A DNA stretch of 64,000 nt, taken from NCBI GenBank assembly GCA_030648205.1, contig JAUSIH010000006.1, positions 1,357 through 65,356 of the forward strand, read 5' to 3'. A program made the translations under genes and the position numbers. The notes beneath the pieces are model-generated. The model did not search any database. It was not told the DNA's origin and was given only the letters and a program-made list of their open reading frames with translations. Of the stretch, positions 45,922 through 55,668 are shown piece after piece. Origin of the DNA: Dehalococcoidia bacterium (GTDB taxonomy: Bacteria; Chloroflexota; Dehalococcoidia; JAUSIH01). Position 1 is the stretch's first letter. The number at the start of each line of letters is the position of its first letter.

Positions 45922-46838
45922 GGCCTTTCGCCGTCCTGACGTGGCTCCCAGCGCCGCACTTCAATACTGTCGCCTTTGAGACGGAGCTTCGCGCGCCCGC
46001 CCAGGCCAAGCTTCTCCACGTACTCGGCGGGAAGCTGGAGGCGGCCCGCCCGGTCCACCACCACGAACTCCTCCTCCCTGCCTGCCTGCTCCGCGGGGCG
46101 GAAGGTGAGCACGCGCATCGTTTCGGTGCTGGCGCGGCCGTCCCGCATGGCCACCACCCGGTCCACGTATTCGGCGATACGGGGGTAGTGGGTGACGATG
46201 ACCACGGTGACGCCGAAGGACCTCCGCAGCTCGCTGTAAAGCCCGAAGATGTCAATGGCGGTGCGCTCGTCCAGCTCGCCCGTGGGCTCGTCCGCCAGCA
46301 GCAGGGGCGGGCGGTTGGCCAGGGCCACCGCGATGGCGACGCGCTGTTGCTCGCCGCCTGATAGCTCCGCCGGGCGCCGGCCAGTCTTGGGGCCGAGGCC
46401 CATTGCCTCCAGCAGCCCCCGCGCCCGCTCCAGCCGCTCCACCGGAGGCGTGCCCTGGATGGCCATGGGGAGCGCCACGTTTTCCACGGCGGACAGATAG
46501 GGCAAGAGGTTGCGCCCCACGTCCTGCCAGACGAAGCCCACGTCCTCCCGGCGATAGCGGACCAGATCGGCTTCCGTTACGGAGAGCAGGTCGCGCCCGT
46601 TGACGGAGACCTGGCCCGCGGACGGCTTGTCCAGGCCCGCGAGGATGTTGAGGAGGCTGGTCTTGCCGGAGCCTGACGGGCCAACAAGGGCTACGACCTC
46701 GCCCCGCTGGACGGCCAGGTCCATGCCGCGCAAGGCCACCACTTCAATGTTGGCGCGCTTGTAAATCTTGAAGACGTCGTTGCACAGGATGAAGGCCCGG
46801 CCTTCCGCGCGCTTCTCCGCCACTGCCGGTTCTCCCAT
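45918..46838 (-). CDS. ABC transporter ATP-binding protein (MacB/FtsE-like) with ~80-aa C-terminal extension
   Basis: Walker [10 protein letters not shown], signature LSGGEQQR, Walker B LLLADEPT. Confidence 0.9.
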   Translation of the reverse strand: MGEPAVAEKRAEGRAFILCNDVFKIYKRANIEVVALRGMDLAVQRGEVVALVGPSGSGKTSLLNILAGLDKPSAGQVSVNGRDLLSVTEADLVRYRREDVGFVWQDVGRNLLPYLSAVENVALPMAIQGTPPVERLERARGLLEAMGLGPKTGRRPAELSGGEQQRVAIAVALANRPPLLLADEPTGELDERTAIDIFGLYSELRRSFGVTVVIVTHYPRIAEYVDRVVAMRDGRASTETMRVLTFRPAEQAGREEEFVVVDRAGRLQLPAEYVEKLGLGGRAKLRLKGDSIEVRRWEPRQDGERP

Positions 46839-46842
46839 TGGC

Positions 46843-49800
46843 CTATCCCCCGGTCCAGCGGAGGGCGCGTCCCACGGCCTGTCGCATGAAGGCCGCGGAG
46901 GCCACGCCTACGGCTGTTCCTATGACCGCCCCGAGTATAACATAGGCGGCGCCCAGGGCCGCCCAGTCCACTTGAAGGACGAAGGGCGGCACCACCTGCT
47001 CGCCGCGCTCCGTCACCTCCATGAATCGCAGGAAGAAGCTGCCGAGGCCCGCGCCCAGCGCTGTGCCGAGCGCCACGCCCAGCAGGCCCACCAGGCCGTG
47101 GTCCACCCAGACCATGGCGCGGACCTGCCCGGGGCTGAAGCCCAGGGCGCGCAGCACGCCGAAGAGGGTGCTCCGACGCTCCGCCGTGGCCGCCGCGTAG
47201 ATGACGAAGCCCGTGGCGCCGATGAGCAGCACCGCCGCGAAGGCGATGACCAGCATGCCTGCCCATCCCGCGACAATGAGCGGGTCCGCTCTGTACGAGG
47301 TCACGAGCTTCTCTCTCTCTCTGATGTCGCTGAACTCCGCCTTGCCGCTCTGGCGCAGCGCCTGAAGAGATGCCCGGACGCGGGCCGGGTCTGATGCGCG
47401 CACCCATAACTCGTCGGGCTGGGCCTCCCCGCTCGTGGTCTTCATGTTCATCCGCTCCACCAGCGGCGCGAGTCCCGCCACCAGGAAGCCGTCCTCTCCC
47501 GGGTACATGGTGGGGAAGAGGAGCGTCCGCCCGACGATGCGCGCGCGGATGGGAGCGTCGCGGATCGCCAGGACAGGCTCGTCGCCGACGCGGAAGCCTG
47601 TGCTGCGCAGGAAGGTGTCGCTGGCGACCACCGGCAGAGGGGCCTCGTCCCCGCCGAGGTAGATGCCGCGGGCGTATATGGGGCTGCCCGGCCCCCACGT
47701 CAGCAGGGCGGCGGCCCGCCCTTCGCGGACGACGGACTCGGCGCCGGTGAGGGTGTCCTTCTGCGGGACGCTCGGGTTCTCCAGCGTCCGCCAGGGTGAG
47801 ACATCCTCAAATCTCTCCACCACAAGCTCCTGCCCGTCGCCCGTTGTGACGCGCAGGTCGTCCAGGAACAGGGCGCCCGGCTCGGCCAGCCCTGGCTCCC
47901 GCAGCGCTGCGATGTAGATAGCCTGAAGCGACAGGGGCTGCACGGGCGTCAGTGGCGGACGGCGTGCATCCTCTCTCTGGCGGGGAGTCATGTCCGTATC
48001 CAGGAAGCGCCAATCGCGGAAGCCCAAGCTGCCCAGCGGGAAGCTGAAGATGTGGCCGTTGGCGTCGGACAGGCGGACGAATAGCGAGAGGTCGGCTCGC
48101 GCCACGGCGGGCCGCACCCACAGCCCCAGGCGTCGCGCGTCCTGCGGGAGCGAACGCCCCTGCACGGTGGGCGCAGCCGCCAGTGGGGCAAGGGTCTCTT
48201 GCAGGGAGGAGGGCGAGAAGTCAGTCCGGAAGTACGCCGCGCTCGCAAAGCTCTGCGGGTCCACGCCGAGGATGTTGAACGACGCGCCCAGTCCACCCGA
48301 CAGGACGGCGCCCCGCTCGCGCAGGGCGGGGGAGGTGGCCTCCGCGCCATCCAGACGTTCCATGTCGGCCATAATCGGCTGCGACGGGCCGCTGGAGGGG
48401 CCACGCAGGCCGACGACGCGGAGGTCGGCGCCGGCCTCGTACGCGGCACGGTCGCGGTACGAGCGCTCCAGCGTTGCGCCGAAGGACGCGGCGAACACCA
48501 GCATGGCGGCGGCCAGGGCCAGCAGCGCCAGAGGCCCCGCGGCCAGAAGCGGCTCGCGGGCCATGTGGCGCAGGGCCAGGAGCAGTGCGGGCGACTGCAG
48601 GCGCTGGGCGAGGGACGCCAGGGCGCTGAGCAGCACCGGCAGGAGTCGAAGGGCCAGCGCCAGCGCCGCCGCCAGGGCGAGGGCGGGCGCCAGAAGCAGC
48701 AGCGCGTCGGCCACGGGGCCCTGGCCGAACAGGCGGCGGGCCAGGAAGGAGCCGCGCTGCGAGAGGTCCAGCCACAGCACCAGCGCGACGGCGGCCAGCA
48801 GCAGGTCCAGGGATATGTGATGGATGAACCGGCCGCCCGGCCTGGTCTGGGCGGCGCGCAGGGAGGGCGCGGTGCGACGCGCGGCGCTGATGCCAGGGAT
48901 GAGCACGACCATGAACACCAGGGCTGCGCCCACCTCGGCCACTGTCAGTACCTGGGACGACATGGCGACGGGCAGCGGCTGTCCTCCCGTCTGCTCCGCC
49001 AGGGGGCCGGCCATGCCCAGCACCGACACAAGGGCCAGCGCCAGGGGCGGCCCCAGCAGTCCGGCGGGCAGGACGATAATCGCGGCCTGCGCGGCCAGCA
49101 GCGCCATGAGCTGCCCGATGCCCGCGCCGCGCGAGCGGAGCAGGGCCATCTCGGCGGACTGGCGCTCCAGGAAGACGGACGCCGCCAGAATCAGGTAGAA
49201 CATGGCTGCGCCCACGACGAGCGCCGCGAACAGGGCAAGCGGCACGCGCGCGAACTCCCGCTTGGTGGAATAGTCGGTCAGGGCGCGGTCCAGCGACGTA
49301 ACCACCCGCGAGCGGCGCACCCGCACGGACAACTCCGTGTTCAGGGTCTCCAGGCCGTCGCGGATGCGCGGGGCGCTGGCCGGGCGCACCTGCGCCCTGT
49401 CCACGGGCAGGAACCACCAGTAGTCGGCGGTCATGTCCGGATAGCTCGGCCCCAGTGTGTCAAAGAACGTGTCCTGCGGCGTCAGCAGCGCCAGGTGCGG
49501 GTAGCTTGCCTGGGGCTGGAGCGCCGCGCTCGCCGCGGCGCTTGTCCAGAACGGGTCCGTGGGCGACTGCCGCTCGGCGATGCCCGTGATGCGGACGCGC
49601 AGCGGCGGCTCGTTCGATCCCCAGGTGGGCAGCAGCGTCACCTCGGACCCTGCGTCCAGGCCGAAACGCCCCGCTGCATCCTGGAACGCCAGGGCTTGCA
49701 CCTCCCCTTCAACGGAAGGGCTCGGCTCACCGCGGCGGGCTGGGGCGCGGACGACCTCCGGCGCCGCGCCGCGGATGACCCTGATGTAGCGCGTCGGCTC

Positions 49801-50199
49801 GGCTATGTACGCGACAGTGGCGCGTGGCCTCTGGTCCGGGGGCGCGGAGGCGTCGGGCTGGGACACGTAGAAGGTAGCGGAGATTCCAGAGCGGACGGCG
49901 CCTGAATAGAACCACGGGACGTCCCGGCGAAGGGCGCTTTCCACCAGGCGGCTGGTCTGATTGAAGGCGTCGCGCTGGGGCGGGAAGTAGTAGGCGCTGA
50001 CCTGGATGTGAAGGTCCTCCGGCTTGCGCTGGGCCAGGGTATGCTGCAGTCCCACCTGGTCCACCGCGTCCGGGTAGAGGACGGCCCCGGCCATAGCCGT
50101 GATCACGACGAGGCAGCCCATGAGGATGGCCAGGGCCAGAGGCCACTGGGCGCGCATGCGCCTGGCGAGGAAGCCCAGCACAAAGCTTACGGTGGACAT
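46843..50199 (-). CDS. giant FtsX/MacB-type ABC permease (1118 aa, two FtsX modules)
   Basis: About 10 hydrophobic segments by eye. Two long hydrophilic stretches (~290 and ~385 aa). FtsX-like LRA(L/R)G(A/F)S motifs follow each stretch. Confidence 0.85.
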   Translation of the reverse strand: MSTVSFVLGFLARRMRAQWPLALAILMGCLVVITAMAGAVLYPDAVDQVGLQHTLAQRKPEDLHIQVSAYYFPPQRDAFNQTSRLVESALRRDVPWFYSGAVRSGISATFYVSQPDASAPPDQRPRATVAYIAEPTRYIRVIRGAAPEVVRAPARRGEPSPSVEGEVQALAFQDAAGRFGLDAGSEVTLLPTWGSNEPPLRVRITGIAERQSPTDPFWTSAAASAALQPQASYPHLALLTPQDTFFDTLGPSYPDMTADYWWFLPVDRAQVRPASAPRIRDGLETLNTELSVRVRRSRVVTSLDRALTDYSTKREFARVPLALFAALVVGAAMFYLILAASVFLERQSAEMALLRSRGAGIGQLMALLAAQAAIIVLPAGLLGPPLALALVSVLGMAGPLAEQTGGQPLPVAMSSQVLTVAEVGAALVFMVVLIPGISAARRTAPSLRAAQTRPGGRFIHHISLDLLLAAVALVLWLDLSQRGSFLARRLFGQGPVADALLLLAPALALAAALALALRLLPVLLSALASLAQRLQSPALLLALRHMAREPLLAAGPLALLALAAAMLVFAASFGATLERSYRDRAAYEAGADLRVVGLRGPSSGPSQPIMADMERLDGAEATSPALRERGAVLSGGLGASFNILGVDPQSFASAAYFRTDFSPSSLQETLAPLAAAPTVQGRSLPQDARRLGLWVRPAVARADLSLFVRLSDANGHIFSFPLGSLGFRDWRFLDTDMTPRQREDARRPPLTPVQPLSLQAIYIAALREPGLAEPGALFLDDLRVTTGDGQELVVERFEDVSPWRTLENPSVPQKDTLTGAESVVREGRAAALLTWGPGSPIYARGIYLGGDEAPLPVVASDTFLRSTGFRVGDEPVLAIRDAPIRARIVGRTLLFPTMYPGEDGFLVAGLAPLVERMNMKTTSGEAQPDELWVRASDPARVRASLQALRQSGKAEFSDIREREKLVTSYRADPLIVAGWAGMLVIAFAAVLLIGATGFVIYAAATAERRSTLFGVLRALGFSPGQVRAMVWVDHGLVGLLGVALGTALGAGLGSFFLRFMEVTERGEQVVPPFVLQVDWAALGAAYVILGAVIGTAVGVASAAFMRQAVGRALRWTGG

Positions 50200-53100
50200 C
50201 TACTCACCCGCCCGGAGCACCCGGTGGAGCCGCGCGCGTATCAGAGCGCGCACCACGGACGCCGTTGCCCCGGCCACCAGTAACGCCGCTGCCGCCGCCA
50301 CTATGCCCACCTGTACCCAGTCCACCGTGGGGATGAAAGGCGGCAGGATGCGCGCGCCGCGCTCGGTGACATCCAGGTAGGTCACCACCAGCGCGCTGGT
50401 CAGGTGTCCCAGGCCGATGCCCAGGGCTAGCCCCAGCGTCACCATAATGCTGCTCTCCACGGCGGCGGTTGCGGCCACCTGTCCTCGGGAGAAGCCGGAG
50501 GCCCGCAGGATGGCGTACTCCGTCATGCGGCGCTGGGTGTACACCAGGGCGTACAGCGCAAAGCTCAGCAGCGCCAGCGCGGCCATCGCCTCGTAAGCGA
50601 TGATCAGGAATGCGCGCCAGCCCGCCGCGGCCAGGGGATCGTTCCGCAGCACGGTGTAGGAGCTGGTGGCGGACGAAATGGTAAAGCCCGGCGGCAGATT
50701 GGCGCTCATGCGGCGGTCCGCTTCCTGGGCGTCGGCGCCGGGGCGCAGCGCCAGCCAGGCCTCGTTGGGCGGCAGAGGCTCGGCGCCCGGGACGGCCCGC
50801 AGGTAGGCCGCCAGCTTCTCCCTGTCGGCGATGATGAAGCGCTCGCGGGCTGGGTCGAGCGTGGGGAAGTAGTCCAGCGTTCCGCGCACTGTTACGGGCG
50901 CCAGTTGTCCGCCAATGCTCACCAGGCCCTCCTCGCCGCCGCGGTAGGTGGAAGCGCGCAGGAAGGAGCGGCTGGCCAGGACGGGGATTGGCAGGTCCAT
51001 GTCCTCGACGAAAATGCCGCGCGGCGTGCTGCTGATGGACGTCGTCCAGGCGAAGGCGATGGCCGCCTTGTCAAGGCGGGCGTCCTCCGTGGCCCGCACC
51101 TGGTCCTGGATGAAGTTTCCGATGGGCAGCGTTCTCCAGCCGACCGGGTTCTCGAAGCTGTCCAGTACCTCGGAGGGCATGTCAGATGCCTGCTGCACAT
51201 GCAGTTCGTCGAAGACGACCCGGCCTGTTGGGCCAATGGCGCTGAAGCGGCCACCCGCCATGTAGAGGGCGTTGATGGATACGGGGTAGCGCGGGAACGG
51301 CGGCCCGCGCGACACCAGGTCGGCTTCCAGGAACCGCCAGTCGTCAAAGTCCAACTGGCCCAGGAAGTACGTGTAGTAGTCCCCGCCCGCGTCCCGCAGC
51401 CGCAGCGACAGGCCCAGGCCGTTGTAGGCGCGGTCCGGTCGCACCCACACGCCGATGCGCTGGGGCTCGCCGGGCAGCGTCTTGGGCGTCTGCCGCCCGA
51501 ATGGCGCTCGGATAAGCCACATCTGGTCGGAGAGGGGACTCGCGGAGAAGTCCGGGCGCGTCCACGCTACCTGCTGAATCTTGTCCGGCTCCACCGCCAG
51601 CAGCGTGTAGTCGGGGGCGCTCTGGCCCGGGCCTACGCGGCCCGTCTCCCTCAGAACGAGGCTGGACGCCTGGACGGACGGCATTTGCGGCAGGGCCTGC
51701 GCAAGGGCGTCGGCCTGGCCCGCGGAGGCGGTCACGCGGAGGTCGGCGCCGGCCGCGTAAGCCGCGCGTTCTTTGTAGGAGCGCTCCAGCGTGGCGCCGA
51801 AGGATGCGGCGAAGACGGCCAGCGCGGTGACCAGGGCCAGCAGAGCGAGAGGCCCCGCGGCCAGCAGCGGCTCGCGGGCCATGTGGCGCAGGGCCAGAAG
51901 CAGAGCGGGCGACGGCAAACGCTGGGCGAGGGACGCCATGACGCCAAGCAGCAGCGGCAGCAGGCGCAGGGCCAGGAGGAGGCCGGCGGCGAGGGCGACG
52001 ACGGGGGTAAGGAGCAGCACGCCGTCGGCGAGCGGGCCCTGGCCGAAGAGGCGCTGGGCGAGGAAGGAGCCGCGCTGGGACAGGTCCAGCCACATCACCA
52101 GCGCCACGGCGGCCAGCAGCAGGTCTATGTAGGCGCGGTGCACGGGTGAGCGAGTCTCGGGCCGGGCGGCGGCCTGGCGCTGGTCCACGACGGTGCGCCG
52201 CGCGGCGATGACGGCGGGCGCCAGCAGGGCCGCCCATGCGATGGCCGCTCCCGCCGCCGCCCACACGTACATTTCGGGCGCGAAGGGCAGGGAGAGCCAC
52301 CGTCCGTCCGTGCGCGCCGCCAGCGGGCTGAACCGGCCCAGCGGCGCGACGAGCAGGTATGCGTACGCCGGCCCCAGCAGGGCGGAGGGTATGGCGACGA
52401 ACGCTCCCTGGAGCGCAAAGATTCCCACCAGTTGCCCGGTGCTCGCGCCGCGGGCGCGCAGGACCGCTTGGTCGGGCGCCTGGCGCTGGAGCAGGAAGGA
52501 CGCGGTCATCGTCAGGTAATAGACGACCGCTCCCAGCATCAGCAGGGCGAAAATGACGAGCGGGACGCGCGCGAAAACCAGCTTGCGCTCGTAGTCATCC
52601 AGGAGCCGATTGAGGCCGGTGAACACCAGGGTGCGCGGGAGCGCGCGATTCAGGTCTCCCTCCAGGTCCGTGATGGACTGCCGGATGCGGGAGGCGTCCG
52701 ACGCCTTGATTCTGGACGGCTCGACGGTGGCGATCCACCAGTAGTTGACCAGCAGCACCGGGAAGCGGTCGTTCAGCACGGAGAAGAACTGGTCCTCTGG
52801 CACGTAGAGCGCGAACGTCCGCGATTGTCCGCCCGAGTCTCGAGTGGCGACGAAGTACTCCTGGTGCCCCAGCCAGAAGTCCTCCTTCATATCGCGCGGC
52901 TGGATGATGCCCGCTATCCGCACCCGGACGCTCGGCAGGGGGTCCGTGACGAAGGGGTGGAAGGTGACCACATCGCCCGCGCGGAGGCGCATGTCGCCGG
53001 CCGCCCACACGCCCAGCAGCGCCTCCAGGTCCGCGCCGGGCGCGGGCGGGTTCGCCGGTGGTCGCCCTTCCAGAAGCAGGATGTGGCGCTGCATGTCCGT

Positions 53101-53517
53101 CAGGAAGAAAAAAAAGGCGCGGGGGCTGCGCTCGCCCGGGCCGGTCTCGCGCCCCTGGGGGTCGCGCTGCGCCATGACGAAGTTGGGGGTATAGGCCGCG
53201 CGTCGCTCCTCCCGCTGGAACGCGCCGATACGCGACCGAATGGCCTGGCGCACCTGGGCCAACGCCTTCTCGTAGTCGCGGCGGGCGATGGGCCGGCTGT
53301 AGGAGACGGCCTCGAAGTCCAGGAAGGTGGCGCCGCGCTCGTCAATGGCGTACGCCAGGCCCAGGTCGCTGATGGCCCGCAGGTAAAGCGGGATGGCGGC
53401 CAGGACGGTGGCGGCCAGCAGCATGCCCAGGGCGACGCCCACGACCAGCCGGGCATGGGCGCGGCTCTGTCGAAAGGCCAGGTAGGCCAGAGAGGGCAGG
53501 CGCGGCGTTTTCACCAC
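50200..53517 (-). CDS. giant FtsX/MacB-type ABC permease (paralog)
   Basis: Collinear with 46843..50199. The ORF is open to 53565, but GTG 53517 has a GAGGGA RBS and aligns with the paralog N-terminus. Confidence 0.85.
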   Translation of the reverse strand: MVKTPRLPSLAYLAFRQSRAHARLVVGVALGMLLAATVLAAIPLYLRAISDLGLAYAIDERGATFLDFEAVSYSRPIARRDYEKALAQVRQAIRSRIGAFQREERRAAYTPNFVMAQRDPQGRETGPGERSPRAFFFFLTDMQRHILLLEGRPPANPPAPGADLEALLGVWAAGDMRLRAGDVVTFHPFVTDPLPSVRVRIAGIIQPRDMKEDFWLGHQEYFVATRDSGGQSRTFALYVPEDQFFSVLNDRFPVLLVNYWWIATVEPSRIKASDASRIRQSITDLEGDLNRALPRTLVFTGLNRLLDDYERKLVFARVPLVIFALLMLGAVVYYLTMTASFLLQRQAPDQAVLRARGASTGQLVGIFALQGAFVAIPSALLGPAYAYLLVAPLGRFSPLAARTDGRWLSLPFAPEMYVWAAAGAAIAWAALLAPAVIAARRTVVDQRQAAARPETRSPVHRAYIDLLLAAVALVMWLDLSQRGSFLAQRLFGQGPLADGVLLLTPVVALAAGLLLALRLLPLLLGVMASLAQRLPSPALLLALRHMAREPLLAAGPLALLALVTALAVFAASFGATLERSYKERAAYAAGADLRVTASAGQADALAQALPQMPSVQASSLVLRETGRVGPGQSAPDYTLLAVEPDKIQQVAWTRPDFSASPLSDQMWLIRAPFGRQTPKTLPGEPQRIGVWVRPDRAYNGLGLSLRLRDAGGDYYTYFLGQLDFDDWRFLEADLVSRGPPFPRYPVSINALYMAGGRFSAIGPTGRVVFDELHVQQASDMPSEVLDSFENPVGWRTLPIGNFIQDQVRATEDARLDKAAIAFAWTTSISSTPRGIFVEDMDLPIPVLASRSFLRASTYRGGEEGLVSIGGQLAPVTVRGTLDYFPTLDPARERFIIADREKLAAYLRAVPGAEPLPPNEAWLALRPGADAQEADRRMSANLPPGFTISSATSSYTVLRNDPLAAAGWRAFLIIAYEAMAALALLSFALYALVYTQRRMTEYAILRASGFSRGQVAATAAVESSIMVTLGLALGIGLGHLTSALVVTYLDVTERGARILPPFIPTVDWVQVGIVAAAAALLVAGATASVVRALIRARLHRVLRAGE

Positions 53518-53608
53518 GGTGGGTTTCCCTCTCGCCCGTCCGGTCCGGGCGGCGGGCGCTGCCACTTAACGAAGCAAAGCGAACGAAAGACGACGGAGAG
53601 TGCGGTCT

Positions 53609-53638
53609 AGTGTATCGGCGGTGACAGGCGGGTGTCAA
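53609..53638 (-). promoter_or_regulatory. consensus promoter TTGACA-18-TACACT
   Basis: Minus strand reads TTGACAcccgcctgtcaccgccgaTACACT, upstream of the permease pair. Confidence 0.6.
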
Positions 53639-53729
53639 CGCGTGCGCGCGCGGAGTGGGGAGTGGGTGGCTATGGCGGCCCATGCCAGAAAGCCTGCGCG
53701 GACCGAAAGGACAAGGGCGAAGGAGAGGA

Positions 53730-55355
53730 CTATGCGCCGAAGGAGTCAATCAGGGCCTTGACGACCGCCGGGTCCCACTGGCTTCCCGCGCCCTCATGCA
53801 GAATAGCCAGGGCCTCTTGATGGGAGTAGCAGCGCCGGTAGGGACGGTCGTGCGTCAGCGCTTCATACGCCTCCGTGACGGCGATGATACGAGCGCCCAG
53901 TGGAATTTGCTCTCCGCGCAGTCCGTCTGGATAGCCCGTTCCATCCCAGCGCTCGTGGTGGTGCGCGATGAGCGGCAGGACATCTGACGGGGCTGGGTTG
54001 CGTAGCAGGTGCAGGCAAGCGAGGAACCGAAGGCTAAGTTGGGGGTGCTTCTGCATCTGGACGCACTCCTCGGCGGTGAGAGGCCCGGTCTTGGAGATAA
54101 TTCCGTCGGGAATAGCAAGGAGGCCGGCGTCCCTTGAATTCACCGCGAGCGCCAGCGCATTCCTGTGGACTTCGGAAAGGAAGAGGTCTCCGGCGAGACG
54201 GTCTGCGAGGGTTTGTATCCGTTTCGTGCTGCCTGCCAGGAAGGGAAAACGGGCCTCCACGCGATCGTGGCCGTATTCTAGCGCCCAGTTGGCGAGAGAA
54301 GCATCCACTTGCTCCTCGGTCTCCCTGTTCGCGCGGCTCAGGGCCTCGGCCTGCCGCGCCTCTCGCGTGGCCGTCTCCAGAAGCCCCGCGTGTTCTATTG
54401 CGGATGCTATTTCGCTTCCCACCATTTCCAGGAAACTCATGTCTTCGCTGGCGAATGGATGCGGACGAGCGCTGAGCAGCGTCACGACCCCCAGCAATTC
54501 AGCGCTTGCCGTTACAAGAGGGATACTGAGGCGGGAAATGGCGCGCACGCCCGTCGCCAGGGGTGTGTTCTGGAGCGGCTTGACCTGACCGGTATGCGTG
54601 TCAACGTTTTCTATACTGTAAGGCTCCCTGGTGGCCGCGACGTGCCCGACCAACCCTTCGCCCAGCGCAATAGTCCGGATGCGCGCCAGTGCTTCCGGAG
54701 ATACGCCGTAGAAGTGCATGAGCAGAAGTGTCTGTGTCTCCGGCGAAAACCGGTAGATGAACCCGCCGTCCATTCCGAGAGCCTTTGCGGTGCTCTCCAG
54801 GGCGGCGCGCATGGCGTCCGACACCTCTGTGTTTGACGCGATAGCCTGCGTGATCGTTCTCAGGGCTTCCAGGCGCTGCGCCCGAGCCTCCGCCGTTTTG
54901 CGCTGGGCATCTAACTGCGTATTGAGGCGGGTCGTTTCGTCAAGCAGCCGATGCGTCTCCAGAAAACGCGAGCGCTGGTGTGCAACAGCCCAACTCATCA
55001 GGAACCCCACGAATAGGATCGCTATCGCATGAATGAGATGTTCGACTCCCATATCTGTGTACAAATACTCCATCAGATGTAGGAGTGCAAGGGTGAGGCC
55101 TGGAATCGCCGCCGCCTTCCAGCCAAGATATGCCGCAGCCAGCGCAATAGGCAATGCGGCCGCCAGCATGGATGCGGCAGCCCAGGCCTCGTCTGCCACA
55201 GGGGCAAAGCCAAGCATATGCGCCAGTTGCAGCGCCACCACCGCCAGGAAAGCGCCGCCCACTGCGGCCATCCGCGCGGTACGACCTGGCTCCGCGGACG
55301 TGAAAACACGTGCGGTCAGCCTGTCAAGCGTGTCCAGAACCCCAGTCTCACCCAT
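53730..55355 (-). CDS. membrane-anchored GAF + HD-GYP domain protein
   Basis: Taken from Met34 of ORF 53730..55454, with an AGGAGG RBS. N-terminal TM segments, a GAF-like middle region, and HHERWDGTGYPDGL. Confidence 0.85.
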   Translation of the reverse strand: MGETGVLDTLDRLTARVFTSAEPGRTARMAAVGGAFLAVVALQLAHMLGFAPVADEAWAAASMLAAALPIALAAAYLGWKAAAIPGLTLALLHLMEYLYTDMGVEHLIHAIAILFVGFLMSWAVAHQRSRFLETHRLLDETTRLNTQLDAQRKTAEARAQRLEALRTITQAIASNTEVSDAMRAALESTAKALGMDGGFIYRFSPETQTLLLMHFYGVSPEALARIRTIALGEGLVGHVAATREPYSIENVDTHTGQVKPLQNTPLATGVRAISRLSIPLVTASAELLGVVTLLSARPHPFASEDMSFLEMVGSEIASAIEHAGLLETATREARQAEALSRANRETEEQVDASLANWALEYGHDRVEARFPFLAGSTKRIQTLADRLAGDLFLSEVHRNALALAVNSRDAGLLAIPDGIISKTGPLTAEECVQMQKHPQLSLRFLACLHLLRNPAPSDVLPLIAHHHERWDGTGYPDGLRGEQIPLGARIIAVTEAYEALTHDRPYRRCYSHQEALAILHEGAGSQWDPAVVKALIDSFGA

Positions 55356-55668
55356 AGTCAGCCTCCTGCGTCTGTCCGGCGGCGCTTCACGGTCGCTCTG
55401 TCGTGACCAGTTCGGTCGCCGCACGGCGCGGCGCACAACAAACGGGGACGCCACGCGCCGCGCGGCGTCCCCTCCCTCAATCAGAGCGCCTAAAGATGAA
55501 CAGAAATGAATGCGTCCGATTGCAGCAGTACCATTTTACCCCCCCCCCTCGTTTATTGTCAACTTGCTATGTGTCGCTCAGTCGCCCGCGGCTTCGGGAA
55601 CAAAACCCGCGCCGTCGGCGTCTTCATAGTGACGGCCGGAACACGGGACGTCATTACTGGAGGACGCC

